A stretch of 64,000 nt of DNA from the human T2T-CHM13v2.0 reference genome, Homo sapiens (GCF_009914755.1 NC_060936.1); one strand, 5' to 3'. Positions 41,354 to 55,915 are shown, numbered from the stretch's first letter. The notes: generated by a model from the letters alone, not told the origin. Made by a program: numbers and translations.

Positions 41354-41989
41354 TGCATATATAGGTAGGTGTATATATAGTAAACTGTATGCTTATTTCT
41401 CTGTATTTATATTTGTGTGTGCATCTGTATGTATTACATATCTATTGTCTATCTGTCTGTCTGTTTATTATGCTTTAAGTGAGATGTCTTGCTAGAAAAA
41501 TATCTCCAACATTGGGAAATGGTCCATAAATGATCAAAATAAACTTTTACATGCTGGGGTAAAATGGCGCAGCCTCTACATCGATAAAATGATAATGAAA
41601 ACAAAGGCAGCCTAGAAGCTTAGGCCAGAACCCTTGATATTAATCTGTGACCATAGAAGCCATCCCTTGCTTTTGGTACTCCACCCTAATGTACTCCACT
41701 GGGGCCTGCCTCTCCCTTTGTCCCCAGCAATTAGCACAGTTTACACTTGAGTGATCATTGTTTTGACCCGCCCTAAGTCTCGGCATCCGGACTCCATCAC
41801 CCACCATCTGTGCCCTGGCCAGGAGGACTTCTCAGCAGCTCTCCAGCAAGCACCGGAAGTGGGGCTTGGCCACAGGCCTATGGTGTGACGGGCGGCCAAG
41901 GACAGAGTCTTCTGTCACTCATGGTCTCGAGGACAAGAACAGACCAAAACCAGGCACAGATTTAGTTGTCTGAATACTCTTTTATAATG

Positions 41990-42210
41990 AGAGAAGGGGA
42001 GACAGATTAGAAGAAAAGGAAAGAAGAGGAGAGAGACAAGAGGATGGTAGACCAGATGCCAGGAGGACAAATAAGAGAGAGAAAATGTAAAGAGAAAAAG
42101 AACAAAGGAACAATAAGAAAATAATTGGGAAGGAGAAGGGAAGGAAAGGAGAAGTTAGGAATGGAGAGTGGATGGTAAAGGAACATATATGGTCAGAGAG
42201 AAAGAACATT
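41990..42210. repeat. GA-rich low-complexity purine tract
   Basis: ~220 bp composed almost entirely of A/G. Confidence 0.8.
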
Positions 42211-43079
42211 CCTACATTCCTTCTGGAGAGGCGTGGCCATTGCCTGTTAACTTGTACTCTGTACTATAGCTAAAGACTTTCAGCACTACATAAAACACAC
42301 GCAATTTTTGAGGGGGTTTGTTCCTCATCCTTATCTAAATATTTATTTGTGGAAGTGGTTTCCATAATAACCAAGAAACAACAGAAATTCCTACCAGCTC
42401 CACGAAAGACCAGAACAGAGTCACACTATCATTTTGAGATTCTGGGGAGCCAGTGGTCAGACTGAGGCAGCAGTGACATCACCATGCTGAGAAGGCAGCT
42501 CCAAACTTGGGCAGAAAAGTGCTTGGTCAGCACCTGGGCAGACGGGCTGGCTTTGGGCCTCTCAGCACAGGCACCAGCCATGGGGAAAAGCTGCTTTGGA
42601 ATGAGTCTGTGATTAGTGCCCAGGTTGGGGAGAAGAGGTACCTCAAACCTCCACAACTCTGCAGGTCCCTTAACTTCTCCAAAGCTAAATGTAGGGTCTC
42701 TATCACCTGAGATATCTTTACTAGGTCTCTAATCTTTCAGGATCTGCCAAGAGCAGTGAGAAGTTACATCAAAAGACCTAAGACCTTGCGTCCAAACTCA
42801 CCCCCTAGTGGGAGGAGATCGGAGATAGGTGAAGATAAAATTCTGTTACTAATGAGAAAGTATGCATCTTTGCAAGTGAGCTGTTTATTTTAGGTATAAA
42901 TTGGAGAAGATCCAGGATTACACCTAAAATAATGTCCCGTTACAATATTTAGTCTTGGGTGAGACAGAATACATTGACTGGGGTGAAGGTGTGTGGCACA
43001 GGTAAATTAAACATTAACCCACTGCCTTTCTTCTTTAGAATTCAGCCTTTATTCGGAGTTTACCCTTGGAAATTTATCC

Positions 43080-43240
43080 GACATGTGCAAGTAACTTATT
43101 TTTAAAATTGACCAGAATATAAACTCCATGAGAGCAAGGAGTTTTGCCTTCTTGACCCACTGCTAAATGTCCTGTCCTTAGAACAGTGCCTGGCTCATAG
43201 CAAGCACTAAGCATGTATTTATTAGAAAAAATGAATTCAT
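43080..43240 (+). mobile_element. L2 3' end
   Basis: agaatataaactccatgagagcaagga...cttagaacagtgcctggctcatagcaagcact. Confidence 0.85.
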
Positions 43241-43659
43241 AAGCTCCGTCTCTTGTGCATGGTTATAGAGCTGCTTTTTGGGACCTTGCCCTGGAAAAAT
43301 CTCTAAAAACAGAACTTGCCCAAAAATGCTTTCTTCCTTGGGTGGCTATGCCTCAGTCTCAAGGTTTCAGATGTCCTGCCTGTTGTGTCTGCTTTTGTCC
43401 CCTTGAGTGTTTATCTGAAACCTCTCTTGACTTCCGGGTGTTGCCTCATACTGCATTTCTGACTCTGCCTTGACCCCTGGCTTCTGTGTATTGCAGGGGT
43501 CTGAGACTGTGCCCTTCATACTCTCTCCACCTTTCCTGACCTCTGCCGTGGCTCATGGATAGGTCTTCTCAGTACACAGAGGTTAACAGCAGGAGCCTGC
43601 AAAGAGGAAAAGCACACTTTGGAGGAAGACTCTCTGGTGTTTCAGAAAGTGAGAGAAAA

Positions 43660-43900
43660 TGAGAATTAGCTAACATTTACTTGGGTAGAGAGGGAGACTA
43701 CTGTGTGTCAAGCATGCCCCCAAAGTTTTACATGTACTGATTAATCTGATCCTTATATAATAGTGTGAAGTAGATTTTCCTATCCTACCTATCTTTAGTT
43801 AAGGAAACTGAGGCACAGAGAAGTTCAATGAATTGCCCAAGGCCTCATAGTAAACTCTGGTGGTTTGCTGTAGAGCTGAGACTCATACCTACTACACTAT
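43660..43900 (-). mobile_element. MIR
   Basis: aggaaactgaggcacagagaagttcaatgaattgcccaagg. Confidence 0.85.
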
Positions 43901-44039
43901 GCCAATGCAGATTCCAAGAGTGAGTTTTGCCTAGTTAGGGTGGATAGATGAGCAAAAGCACACTAGGATGGGATACAGGTAGAGCAATGAGAAAGAACAG
44001 AAAATCTAACTTTTCTTCCATCATTAAAAACTACCACCA

Positions 44040-44250
44040 GTATAACACCCATCACTGAGTGTTTACTATATGCCAGGTATAGACTAGGATTTTAATTTAT
44101 GTTCAGAATAAGCCCATGAGATATAAGATTGGGCTTTACAGTTGTTCAACAATTTTTCCAAAGTCATAGGTCTAGAACCGGCAAAAGTGAGATTTGACTC
44201 TGGTCTTGCTCCAGGCCTATGTTATAAAGCACCATGTTTTACCGCTTGCC
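44040..44250 (-). mobile_element. MIR
   Basis: actgagtgtttactatatgccagg...ccaaagtcatagg...gagatttgactc. Confidence 0.65.
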
Positions 44251-44989
44251 TGACCTCCAAGCCTCCACACCCATTGTGAGGGGTGTCGGTATATCCCTCA
44301 GCCCTCACCTACATTCCCTATGGCTGACTGTTCTCCAGAAACAGGGCACTAAGCTCTGAGTTCTGTATGCTTTAGCATTTGTGTAATAGTGGCCAAGGAA
44401 TAGGATGACTTCATTTCATGTTGCAAATATGGTTGATTTTGATCTAAGAAAATTTTTCTTAAATTGACCTAAAGTACAATAAATGTGGTCTGAGCTCAAA
44501 ATAAGCCACATATAAAATTACTGAAAGTGGAAATACAGTGCAATGCTACAAACTCTCATCATTCAGTCATATTATAGCTTCCAAAATGTTGGCTCTTATA
44601 CTCATCCCTTGAGACTTAACAGAGTTTAACTAGATTTTCCTTGACATTTCTGATTTTCCCTGTAAGGCAAGTGTTTCCAACTGTGTCTATCTCACACCAC
44701 TTGGCTTTTCTGAGTTCTTTCCATATATTGTGACTGATGCCATTCAAGTAAATAAAATTTTATTAAGTGCCTGCTGTGTGCAAGACCTGGGCTCAAAGCC
44801 TAGCCAAAGGTAGGCAGCCACATAGAGTGAGAAGTTTTGTAAAAGCGGTGTTGAGGTGGGGTTTGTGGTGGAATCTACAAAGTTCATATTGCTCTGTTCT
44901 TTGCACGATGAGAAGATGTTATGGAAGAGAAAAAGTATAGTTTGTTGCAAAATCAGACGGCATCATTATGAAGTCTCCCCTGGGGTACT

Positions 44990-45140
44990 GGGGAGACTCC
45001 CATGCTGAGAGTCTTGGCTCTGGCACCAACAAACATGCAATTCTGGGTAAGCCATTCCCTGGGCCTTTATTTTCTCATCTATAAAACGAGGAGGTTACTG
45101 AATTGCCTTCCATGTCCCATACAACTTAACATCCTCTGAA
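44990..45140 (+). mobile_element. MIR
   Basis: gagtcttggctctgg...gggcctttattttctcatctataaaa. Confidence 0.7.
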
Positions 45141-47629
45141 TGTGTTCTGAAGTAGCACTTTCTAAATCAATCAGCCCATCCAGCCCCATTATTCTGCCTC
45201 TAAATGTTCCATCCAGGAATACTTCGTGTTGATTACCAATTCATGGCATGGACCCCAGAAGGAAAGGACCTTGGGATGGAAGCTTACCCTGTTGTCTCCC
45301 CAGAGAGGTATGGCCAGTGACCAAAGTCTGGCAGCCGTCAGCAGGCAGATTAGGTCGATCGCTCGTGTGCTGCCTGTTCAGTTCCTGGATTAATGGGTGG
45401 TGTCTTTAGCTCGTGACTGTTTCCCATTTCAGATTGTCTTAGCACATCCCGTTATGAATCCTGGCCTAATCACAGACATTTGCTTATGGCCAAGGTAAAA
45501 ACAGGACAGGGTAGATGTAGGGTCATGGCGGCAACCAAAGGACATGATGATTGCCTTCAGTTTCCTATACTTCATAAATTCAAGAAGGAGGGTGGTGGTT
45601 TCTTAAAATGTTCTGACTATTCAGCAACACCTCCAGTTTGAAATTTGTTGATGAGTTTCTGCTGAGTGACAGGCACATGGAATAGGTAGAGCCCAACTGG
45701 AACTTGCTGACAGCTTAGCTACACCAAAGAAGTCCACCATAAGCCAGAGAGGCTGAGTCAGGAAATTGTGCTCACTTAGCTTCCAGGCTTGGCTGGGGTC
45801 TGACCCATCCCCTCACCTTTTGACTCCTCCTTGCCCTCTCCAGTCTCTAAATTCCACTAATGGGGGCCATCCCCATGCAAGGTGCCAAGGGAGTCTCCAA
45901 AGTCAGGGATCTGAATCAGCCAAGAAGTGTTGTTCCCCTGTTCAGGCCTCGTGGGCCATTGCCATGGACGTGTCTCTGCACTGCAAACAAATACCAGGCA
46001 GCAGAGCGAGACAGCACTGCAGAGGCTGCCAACGCTCAGGGCGGTGCATCCTTGGCTGTGCGTCTGTGGTAGTATAATGGATGAATTATTAATTATGATT
46101 TATCACCAGGATAAAGGAAACTCGTAGGCGATTCTCTCCAAAGACAAGAGTACAAAAGACTGTGCCTGAGGCTCAGGCTTTTATTAGTGGCACATGAACA
46201 TTGGACTACAGTAATAGAGATGATGTTTGATAGTTTTCACATCACCTTTCAGCCAAGCACTTAATAAGCACTAATTCATTAATTTTCAAAACAACCTGTA
46301 AGGAAGGAAATATTATTTTTACTTCCTTTTCTCCCCACTATTTTGAAGGTTGAGAAGTGTAGACATTAAAGGTCTATCTCTCCCATTGCTTTAAAAAAAT
46401 TCTAAATAAACTGCTCTCTCAAGCACTATTTAATTTAAGCACAATGTCACAGTTCAAACTATTTTTTTCTTCTAAATAAAGGGAAATGTTCATCATACCA
46501 GGAAATGTTTAAGACATGGAAGCATTTGTTTTGCTTCTGATTGTCAGAGCAAGAATGTTTTGTGACTCTTAGGAACTTGAATACTCCAGCAGCTTCCCAT
46601 TTATCATTTTTCTAAAAACCCAACTTGTTAGAAATAATTTCACCATCTTCACAGCCCCAAATGTTGTTGGTAAATGTTATGAATATGCCTTTTCCGGGAA
46701 CTACCTACTGCATTTCCTAGAATTGAAAATTAATGAGCATTTGAACTCTGTAGACATAATCCAGTTTTAGCTACTTAATTTTAAGGGCATTTGCCACTTA
46801 CCTGACACCATGTTGGCTGGTGTAGAGTTGTGGAGGAGATGAGAGGAATTAAGGAATTGGTGGCAAGGACCAAGATGAGAAGTTCATATTTCACTTTATA
46901 GTTGTCATCATCATCATCATCAATGTTACTTGTTTACATCAGTTTATTACATCATAATTTAGAACTATCTTCATAAATATTGATTAATTAAATATTTGAG
47001 AACCGTACAAGTTAAGTTTTGTGACCCTATCATAGACCTTGCCTCCATAGAGGCAATGTAAATAACAATGACTTACTTAAGGGCTTGAGGGGGTCAATAT
47101 GTAACACTCTTCTTTTCTCAGCCTGAATCCTGAACAAATCAAGATTTTTAAAAATTATATTTATGGGGTAAAATGTTTTCATTGTTATTGATAAGTTGTT
47201 AAGGAACATGGCTTAGAAGTGCGGCAACAGTGGGGTTCCTAACACCAAACTCCCAGTTGGGCAATCACCTCCACCTAGGCACACACAGGATGGGACAGTC
47301 ACGGTCCACCACATCAGGGTAGGGACTTTACTGCGTGGCTCAGAATAGCTCAAGACATAAACTGCAAGCATATCCCAAAGAAGGACGAGATGAGCCACAC
47401 AGGTTCAATTCTCCATCTTAAGCTCACCAACCGGAAAAGTCACTTCTCCTGTCTCAGGGAGGAATGAATGAGGAGTTGGAGGAAAACCAGATGTGTTCTG
47501 CTAATGGACGTCTCTCCATATGGAAGGACATTTCAAGAGGAGGGAACACCACCACCACCTCCCGCCAATCATATGACTCCCTCCATCTGAATTTTCCAAT
47601 CTTTTGTTTTAGTGATGATGCTTAGAGAT

Positions 47630-47692
47630 AGTTTTGTTTTTGTTTTTTGTTGTTGGTGGTGGTGTTTTGTGTTTTTTTGTTTGTTTGTTTTA
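47630..47692. repeat. (GTTT)n-type low-complexity tract
   Basis: gttttgtttttgttttttgttgttggtgg...ttgtttgtttt. Confidence 0.8.
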
Positions 47693-49109
47693 GCCTACCC
47701 TCTGTGTTATGTTGACTGTTGTGTTGGCTGGTGGGAGACGGTTGGTCAGCTTGGGTCAGTAGAGACTGATGCAGGAAACTCTGCCAATGCAAGGGGTTGT
47801 GGAAGGTTGTCCGGTAGTTCCTCTCATGAAGCACACTGCTGTCCCCCTTCTGCTACCAACAAAGCCACCTTACCATGCCTCATTTTTAGAAATAACTAGT
47901 TAGATCTCAAAGCACTTATCACTTGTCCTGTCTCAGAGCAGTCCTCCATCCAAGTCAGTTGTTCATAGTAAAGAAAATAAAAACTGATTTTTTTTGGTCT
48001 TTATTTCTCCAAATCACCCTCCCCTGATACCAGGAGGATCCCCATGCTGAATAACTCATCTGCTGACAAATTTTCTTTATCTATGTCTCAACCTTGACAT
48101 TTAGATGTCTTTTCATCCCCATTTCCTCCTTTCTTAGGATCAACCATTCACACTCTTTTTCTCCTAGGAACATGAAGCTGAACCTTTTATATTCCAAAGA
48201 AGTAGGGGAAAATTGGGGTTTCTTTCTAATATCAGGGATCTGGGTATCCTAAAAGTCTGGAAGCCCACCACACTAGGAATTCTAAGTCAGGTAAGCAGTG
48301 GACCAACTGCAGAGAGGTAAATAGTCTGGAAGGAGCAGGTGGTGTCGAAGGCAACTGGAAAGGTGCCAAAAAGGCAGGGTCAACACCTGGGCAGAAGATG
48401 GAAGCCAGGCTAGCCCACACGATGTTAAGATGGACACTGATACCATGGTGAAGGTGGCTTGCTTCCTCTCTTCGTTTAAGGTCTCAGTTACCTCTGGATA
48501 TATCATGAATTGAAAGGAATGTGAAAAGGCCAATAGGGGCAGCTAAGCCCAGTTTGTAGGCAGAGAAGATTCTTTTTCTTATGTTGAAATAGATAAATTA
48601 TAAAAGCCAATCTTGGGTTTTTCTTGTTTTGCTTCTTTGAGTGAAGCCTAATCCCATAGGTAGTATTTTGCTACAAATATTGTCCTTTGTGTCATGAAAA
48701 ATAGCAAAACATGCATTACAAGGTGAGGGCAGATGAGGCATGAGATAGTCTACCTTAGGAAGGATATAGGAGGAGAGTAATGCTGCCTGGTGGTAGTGCT
48801 GACGTGTGGTCCATCCACCAACTCTGTGCTCCCTATCTAAAGTGAAATAACTACAGAATTTTCTGTGGTAAACTGTTGGAAGCCCTCTGAGAGTAAGTGC
48901 TTTAAATCCTTGTCAGAATTTTGACAGATTGATTTTATGACTATTGACTGTAATGATAAAATATTTGGTTCATATTTTGTGAGACTTTTTTCCTTTTCCT
49001 AGTAATTTATTTTATAGTATTTTTATTAATAAATAAAGATATCAGCCCATGAAATGTTGTACATTTTAAAAAGGCTTTCTTTTGCTACAGATAAATAGGG
49101 ACTCTTTTA

Positions 49110-49450
49110 TGGCACATTTTTCCAAACTGTTTTCTGATGAACAGCAGCATTTATTGACATGCTGAAAAATGTGTTGGTCAAATAATTACATGCACTAGCT
49201 TTTACAAAGTTAAGTTTCTTTACTGCAAGTCATCCCTGAGCTTTGAACATATTATAGTTATTATTAATCTCCAAGGTATACTACACTAAATTTTCTCAAT
49301 TTTATTTGATGGGCTCTTGGGTTTTAAAAGACTGGAAAGGTCATCTAGGCAAAAACAGTATTTTGCTAAATATCTTAATTCTGTTACTCCAAAACTTCTG
49401 ACTAGGGAGTATAAAAGGAGGTCTTAACAAGTTCTTGAAATAAGGCCTTC
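49110..49450. mobile_element. Possible old hAT-Charlie MITE (MER112/MER103-like)
   Basis: tttccaaactgttttc...ggtcaaataatt...aaagttaagtttctttactgcaag; resemblance from memory only. Confidence 0.4.
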
Positions 49451-49644
49451 TTGCAACATGAGAGTAAGATTTTGTTTTTAGCACAGGATTTATTTCCACT
49501 TTGGATTCCGGACCATCATCGATATTGTACCCAGTTGATGGCCATCCTTTTGTGCAGTCTGTGTCTTTACCCTATGCCAACTTTGATGTTGATCTCAGTA
49601 TCTCTTTACTCTTCCACCACCAGCTGTCCAATCATATAATGGGA

Positions 49645-50430
<786 letters not shown>

Positions 50431-50489
50431 CAATAAATCTACCAACAAGACTTTACCAAGATTGGGATATTGTATGTCTTAGGGCAATC

Positions 50490-51190
50490 TTCAACACCCA
50501 ACCAGGCATTTTACAGCTCTGCCTTAGCCTTCACTTCCTGCTTATGTAGAGCCTCAAGGTCAGTCAGAGGTTAAAACTTAAGGCCTTCTCACATTTTCTC
50601 TGTGCATGTATAGAAGCCTGTGCATGCATACAACCTTCTAGATTTTCAGGAGTATGTTAGAGCTTTTGAAAGCCCTATTGACATTTCATTTCCCAGCTTT
50701 TCCCTTTAAGCTTCTGGTTAGTCTATAATTTGTCTGTTAGCCATCACCTCATGCAGCTACAAAGTTAAAACACTTGCCTATAATTGTTTCAACCAATGCT
50801 TTCTCTCTATCCTGGCAAGGAAAAGGCTTTGCACATACTTAATGAGCTCTGAGTCAGTCTCATAAGTGGAATGTTCTAAGGAACCACCAGACAGGTAAAA
50901 TAATAATAATTCTTTGGGAGTGAATTGAAAAAGTTCTAGGTCTGTTCTGTTCCTACCAGTGGCTGCCACACTGCGCTGGACCTGTGGGCTATCATTTTTT
51001 GGAGGCTACTGCAGAGTGGAAGATGGTACTAAAGAAAATTAAATGCCACAGGTCTTGCTGTTCTTACTGAGTTTCAGCTGGTTTATTTCGAGAGTTCTGA
51101 AAAAGTTGATTTGGCACATTTTGCTAATTTTTAGTTATTTTGGTAAATGTTTACAAGTTCTTACTCTGTTATTTTTGCTGGCATCCTTCC
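50490..51190 (-). mobile_element. Old L1M 5' region
   Basis: ctctgccttagccttcacttcctgctt...gagcctcaaggtcag...ggccttctca, typical reverse L1M4/L1MC/MD 5' sequence. Confidence 0.65.
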
Positions 51191-51689
51191 TCTTTCCCCT
51201 TTTTAAAGTAAGGCAAATGAAGCCCTGCCAGTTAAATGCCCAGGACAGTGAACCTTGCATCAATCTTCAGTTTTGAAGTTCTTCTCACCCCAATTTAAAT
51301 CAGCCTCCCATAGCCTATATTGGAGGTCCATTGTGGGACTGAGTTTGCTATAATAAAGAGAGTATTGGGTTAGAAGACTACAAACAGAGATTATTTAGGC
51401 TGGGGTGAAAGAATCTTCTAACTTGAGGAAGATCCAATATTGGCTGGTCCTGTGTGAAGCAACTCCATCCTTCTGTTACTCTTTAGGTACCACCTTCATC
51501 TCTTCTTGGAAACCACCATCATTACCATATAATCATCCTGTAGAAGCCAGATCAAAATTAGACCAGGTGTGGGACAGGAGAGAAAAGGTGTGTGGGGGGA
51601 GTAATCATTATCTGTTTGATTTTCTGTATTGCCCCTCCAATAAACCAGAGACCACACTGAGTTGAGTACTATTCCCTCATTATATTTAA

Positions 51690-53150
51690 TAATATCTTTC
51701 TCTGCCTGCATTAATTTCCTGGATGACCTTATTTAGTCCCATGGTCTTGAATCCCAGTCTGAATGATGATGACTACCAAATCTGTATTGACAGTCATGAC
51801 CCTCCTCTGAACTCCAAACTATGTGTTCAATCATCTGCTTAGAAGGTTCTTTTGGATGCTTAATGAGCAATGAAAACTTAATATGTCCAAATTCAAACTC
51901 TTGGTTTCAAGCCTAATACTCCTTCTTAGTGTTCTCCATCTGCATAGTGACGTCTAATTCACCCTCATGATCTAGCAAAAAAAAAAAAAGTGTGGCTTCA
52001 TCTGGGAGTCTTCTCTTTCTTTCATCCCCTTAGCAAGTCCTATTGAATTCACCTCCAAGATATATACTGTGTTTCTCAGGGTAAACAATGTTAGATGCCA
52101 AAATAAACACTATATCTCTGAGTTTAGCATAAGAAAAAGTTGCCCAATATGGGTCAGGAGACCCTCATCCATCTTTGGCATGCACGTACTGGCATCATGT
52201 CCAAGACTGCTGTGTAAGGGGAGGAGATAAATGAGGAGACACAACAACTATTAACTCCCATATTCTGGGAAGTGACGTGTATCATTTCTACTCGTTGGCC
52301 AGAAATGGTCAGCTGGCCCTAAGGTAATGCAGAAAGATTTGGAAAATTAGGGGAGTAAATGAAATATTTGGAACACTTTCAATCCAAGCAGTTCTTAATG
52401 TTTCCCCCACTATCATGCTAGCCCATTCCACCACCTTTGCCTGAAATACTGCAAGTATCCTAATTAATCTTCCTTATCCTAATCATGCTCCAATATGATC
52501 TATTCCTTCTTCCATTCTTGCTACCTCCAACTTTTTGTTTTCCAACTATCAGTTCAAACGGTTTTGTTAAATATGAAACAGATTTGCTCCAAACCTTCAA
52601 AAGCCAAGTTACTTCCCATGGCCTCCAGGCCTCTACACAATCTGGGCCCTGAATACTTCTCTGACCTCCTTTCTACCACTTCCTGCCTAGGTCACTTTGC
52701 ATTAGCTACACTGGCCTTCAGGCTCTTCTTGAGCATACCAACTTTATTTCTACTCAAAGCCTTCACATTTGTGTTTCCCTCTGCCTAGAATGCTCTTTCC
52801 TCAAATTTTCAAATAACTCATCCCTTATTTATGCCTCTGCTTGGCTATCACCCTCTTAGAGAGGCTGTCTTTGACCACTCTGTATAAAAGAGTCTACTTC
52901 TAACCCCATATCATCAGCTGCTAATCCTTTTCCCTGATTTTTCTTTCATGGGACTTGTCTGTTCCCAACATTTTATTATTTATTTACTTGCTTAGTTGTT
53001 TATTGTCTGTCTCCCTTACTTTAATGAAAGCTAAAAAAAGCACAAGGACCTTGACTTTAACCTTTCTGCTGTTTTCCCAGTATCAAGAGCAGTGCCCAGC
53101 ACACAGTAGGTTCTCTATAAATATTTGTTCAATAAATAAGTGAATTAATT
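51690..53150 (+). mobile_element. L2a, interrupted by an MLT1-like piece near 52065-52370
   Basis: gatgactaccaaatct...aacttaatatgtccaaa...ctgcctagaatgctctt...gcacacagtagg...aaatatttgttcaataaat. Confidence 0.85.
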
Positions 53151-54196
53151 AGTAAATTAGCTAAAATATGCCAAAATTGAGATGACAGGCTCCTGGCCCC
53201 AGTTCCCAGCTGGGCACTCCCCAGGTCACAGGTCTGGCCTCTCCCCAGAGCTGTCTGGACAGCCTTTCCTGTGACTCCTTGAGGTTTCCTTGAAGCCCCT
53301 GAGAATATTTTGTTGAGAACACCTTTCATATTGGTCCTAGTTCTAGTCAATTTTATTAATCAGATCAGCCAACACCATTCACAGAAGTTGGAAACTGGAA
53401 CAGAACCAATTTATGTGGCAGATTTTTAATGAAAATATAATGGCAACCAAGAGAATCTGTTCTAGACCTTCAAGACCGTCTCTGCAAATGAAGCTGTGAA
53501 CTCCATGGCTGAGCTATGTATCTTGGAATAGGGCCCATGTTTAGACAGAGAGGTAAGGCCTGAAAAAGTAAAATTCAATCTTCACTGGTAATGAAATATT
53601 AAATTAGTGTGGACACAGTGGAGAGACTTTTACTCTTTTGCTGTCACTGCTTCAGCAAGCTTGGCCTATTAAATCCAAATGAAGTGTGGAGACCAGACAT
53701 ACTCTATTGTTCCATTTTATTCTTGCATTTTTCTAGCTGCAGCATGCCATTTGGCTTTCCCACCTAAACCTTCTTGCTCTTACTCTTCTTCCCTGCATGG
53801 GAATTGTTTGTACACAGATTGAAATAGTGCATAACAGCCAGAATTTTCTTATATTGGACTCTCTAACAATAACACAAAATTATTATTATATGTTGTCCCT
53901 TAGACAATGGGTTGCTCTGCACTGGCATGAAGTTGTGGTAACATGGAATGCATAAGCTTGTGGTTCACACTGAGTGTACAAGATACAGTTTCCCTGGGAC
54001 ATAAATCTGCTCTTTATTGATGTATCCAAGCTCCATCTCAAGTAAGAATTGGGTTAAGGGAAAAATAGACCCATTCATTGTGTACATTCACATAAAAGGT
54101 TTTAAGAAATCCCACTCTAAAGAAACCTATTCAACTTTGCTTAATCTGATATCTCATAAAACTATGATCACTGAATCCATTTTATTTTTGCCTGAC

Positions 54197-54408
54197 AAAG
54201 TGATACTCCACCTGGGCCACAGTGCCTGCCTCGTTGTGTCTGAAAATCTGTGGGGACATTTTGGTCACAATGTCTGGAGGCTCTATTGGCATTTAAAAGG
54301 TGGGGACCAGGGATACTAAACATCATCTAGTATGAGGACCAGTTCTTCTACATCATGAAAAATTATCCCACCCAAAATGCCAGTAGTATCCCTGTTGGGT
54401 ACATACTA
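54197..54408. mobile_element. MER20B-like hAT MITE
   Basis: tttggtcacaatg...tattggcattt...gaccagggatactaaacatc...aattatcccacccaaaatgccagtag. Confidence 0.75.
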
Positions 54409-54419
54409 ATTCACACTAG

Positions 54420-54580
54420 GAATTCTAATATACACCACTTTTTTGTTGTACAGATGGAGAAACAGTCTCAGATAGAGGAAACGGTATGTGTAAGTCTCAC
54501 AACTGTGTCCATGGTCCAAGTCAGTACTGGAACTCGCTCTCTTTTTTCCTATTCTGTACTCACGCTTCAGCACTGTGTTG
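54420..54580 (-). mobile_element. MIR
   Basis: gtacagatggagaaacagtctcagatag. Confidence 0.6.
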
Positions 54581-54759
54581 TCTCTATTATGCATACACTA
54601 GCACACTTGAAAAGTGAACAAAAGCTAAGTTGTTCAAAAGCCTTAAAGAAAAACCTCCTTAGAGCCTCCAGAGTATCTACATGCTTGTGGGAACATTGAC
54701 TGATGAATGAATGAAAAATTGAAACAAGACAGGAGGAAAAGTTCAGAACTAGCTTTCAC

Positions 54760-54980
54760 TTGGCAATTACTACATGCCAGGCCTTATGCACGTAGTGGCT
54801 CTTTTACTCCCCACAACGGACCAATAACAGAAAGATTACTAACTCCTTTTTTCAGATGAAGAAATTGAGTCTTGAAGAACTTGCATAAGATTCTCAAGGT
54901 CACAGAGCTCATAAAAAGTGATAGAGCTGGGATTCAACCTGATTTTAGTGTGACTTCTAAGCCTGAGCACTTTCCTTCAG
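54760..54980 (-). mobile_element. MIR
   Basis: ttttcagatgaagaaattgag...caaggtcacagag...agagctgggattcaacc. Confidence 0.8.
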
Positions 54981-55084
54981 GCCTCTCAATGACCAGCCAA
55001 GGCTCTTGCTCTCAGAAATGGGAAACACGATGAAGAAGAAAAGGAAGACTTTTTTTTTCAACAAAATTTGTTGTTCTGTTAATT

Positions 55085-55420
55085 ACATTTCTATTGTTAA
55101 AAATAACAGAAATCAGTTCAAGAATGTTTAAGAAAAAGTGAGCATTTTTGGAAGGATAGTGGAGCTCATGAAATCTAGAAGTTGAACAATCCAGCTCTAC
55201 AAGGGCATGTGGCAGCTGCAGTATGTGGACACACCCTCCAGAATAGCACTGTTGAGACTGACTCACTCCCAGCTCCCAATCCTGTCTCAGGTCAATGCTT
55301 GAGAGAGATAATAGGTCTGATTCAACTTGAATCAGATATTCACTCCTGCTCCAACCAGTTGTGGCTGTGGAGTTAGAGTCACATAGCAGGAACACAGTTG
55401 CTGATAAGCCATTTTTGTGG
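55085..55420 (-). mobile_element. Old MLT1-family LTR
   Basis: aataacagaaatcagttcaag...gctcatgaaatc...ctgattcaacttgaatcag. Confidence 0.5.
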
Positions 55421-55597
55421 ACAGAGTGGGTATCTTTAAGAGTTACCTATGATCAATTCTTGGTCACATTGTGAGGCAGTTGAAGTTTCTTTTGTGTCCT
55501 TTATATCCCCCTAACAACAGGGAAGTTTTATCAGTAAATGCCTACAAAAAAAAAAAAAGAGAAAGAGAGAGAAGATTTCAAGTCAACAACCTAATGA

Positions 55598-55915
55598 GGC
55601 TGGGCACGTGGCTCACGCCCATAATCCCAACTCTTTGGGAGGCCGAGGTGGGTGGATCACATGAGGTCAGGAGTTTGAGACCAGCCTGGTCAACATGGCA
55701 AAACCCTGTCTCTATCCAAAAATATAAAAATGAGCCAGGTGTGGTGGGGCACACCTATAGTCCCAACTACTCAGGAAGCTGAGGCACAAGAATTGCCTGA
55801 ATCCAGGAAGCAGAGATTGCAGTGAGCCAGGATTGCCCCACTGTCTTCCAGCCTGGACAACAAAGCAAGACTCTGTCAAAAAGACAAAAAACAAACAAAA
55901 CAAACAAACGAACAA
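55598..55915 (+). mobile_element. Full-length AluS
   Basis: Dimeric Alu with (AAAC)n tail; near-TSD aacaacctaatga / aaaaccccaatga. Confidence 0.93.

Noticed and set aside
53466-53552. Additional + strand exon
   Set aside because: Weak acceptor; closes the putative ORF0-fusion frame; likely a chance match.
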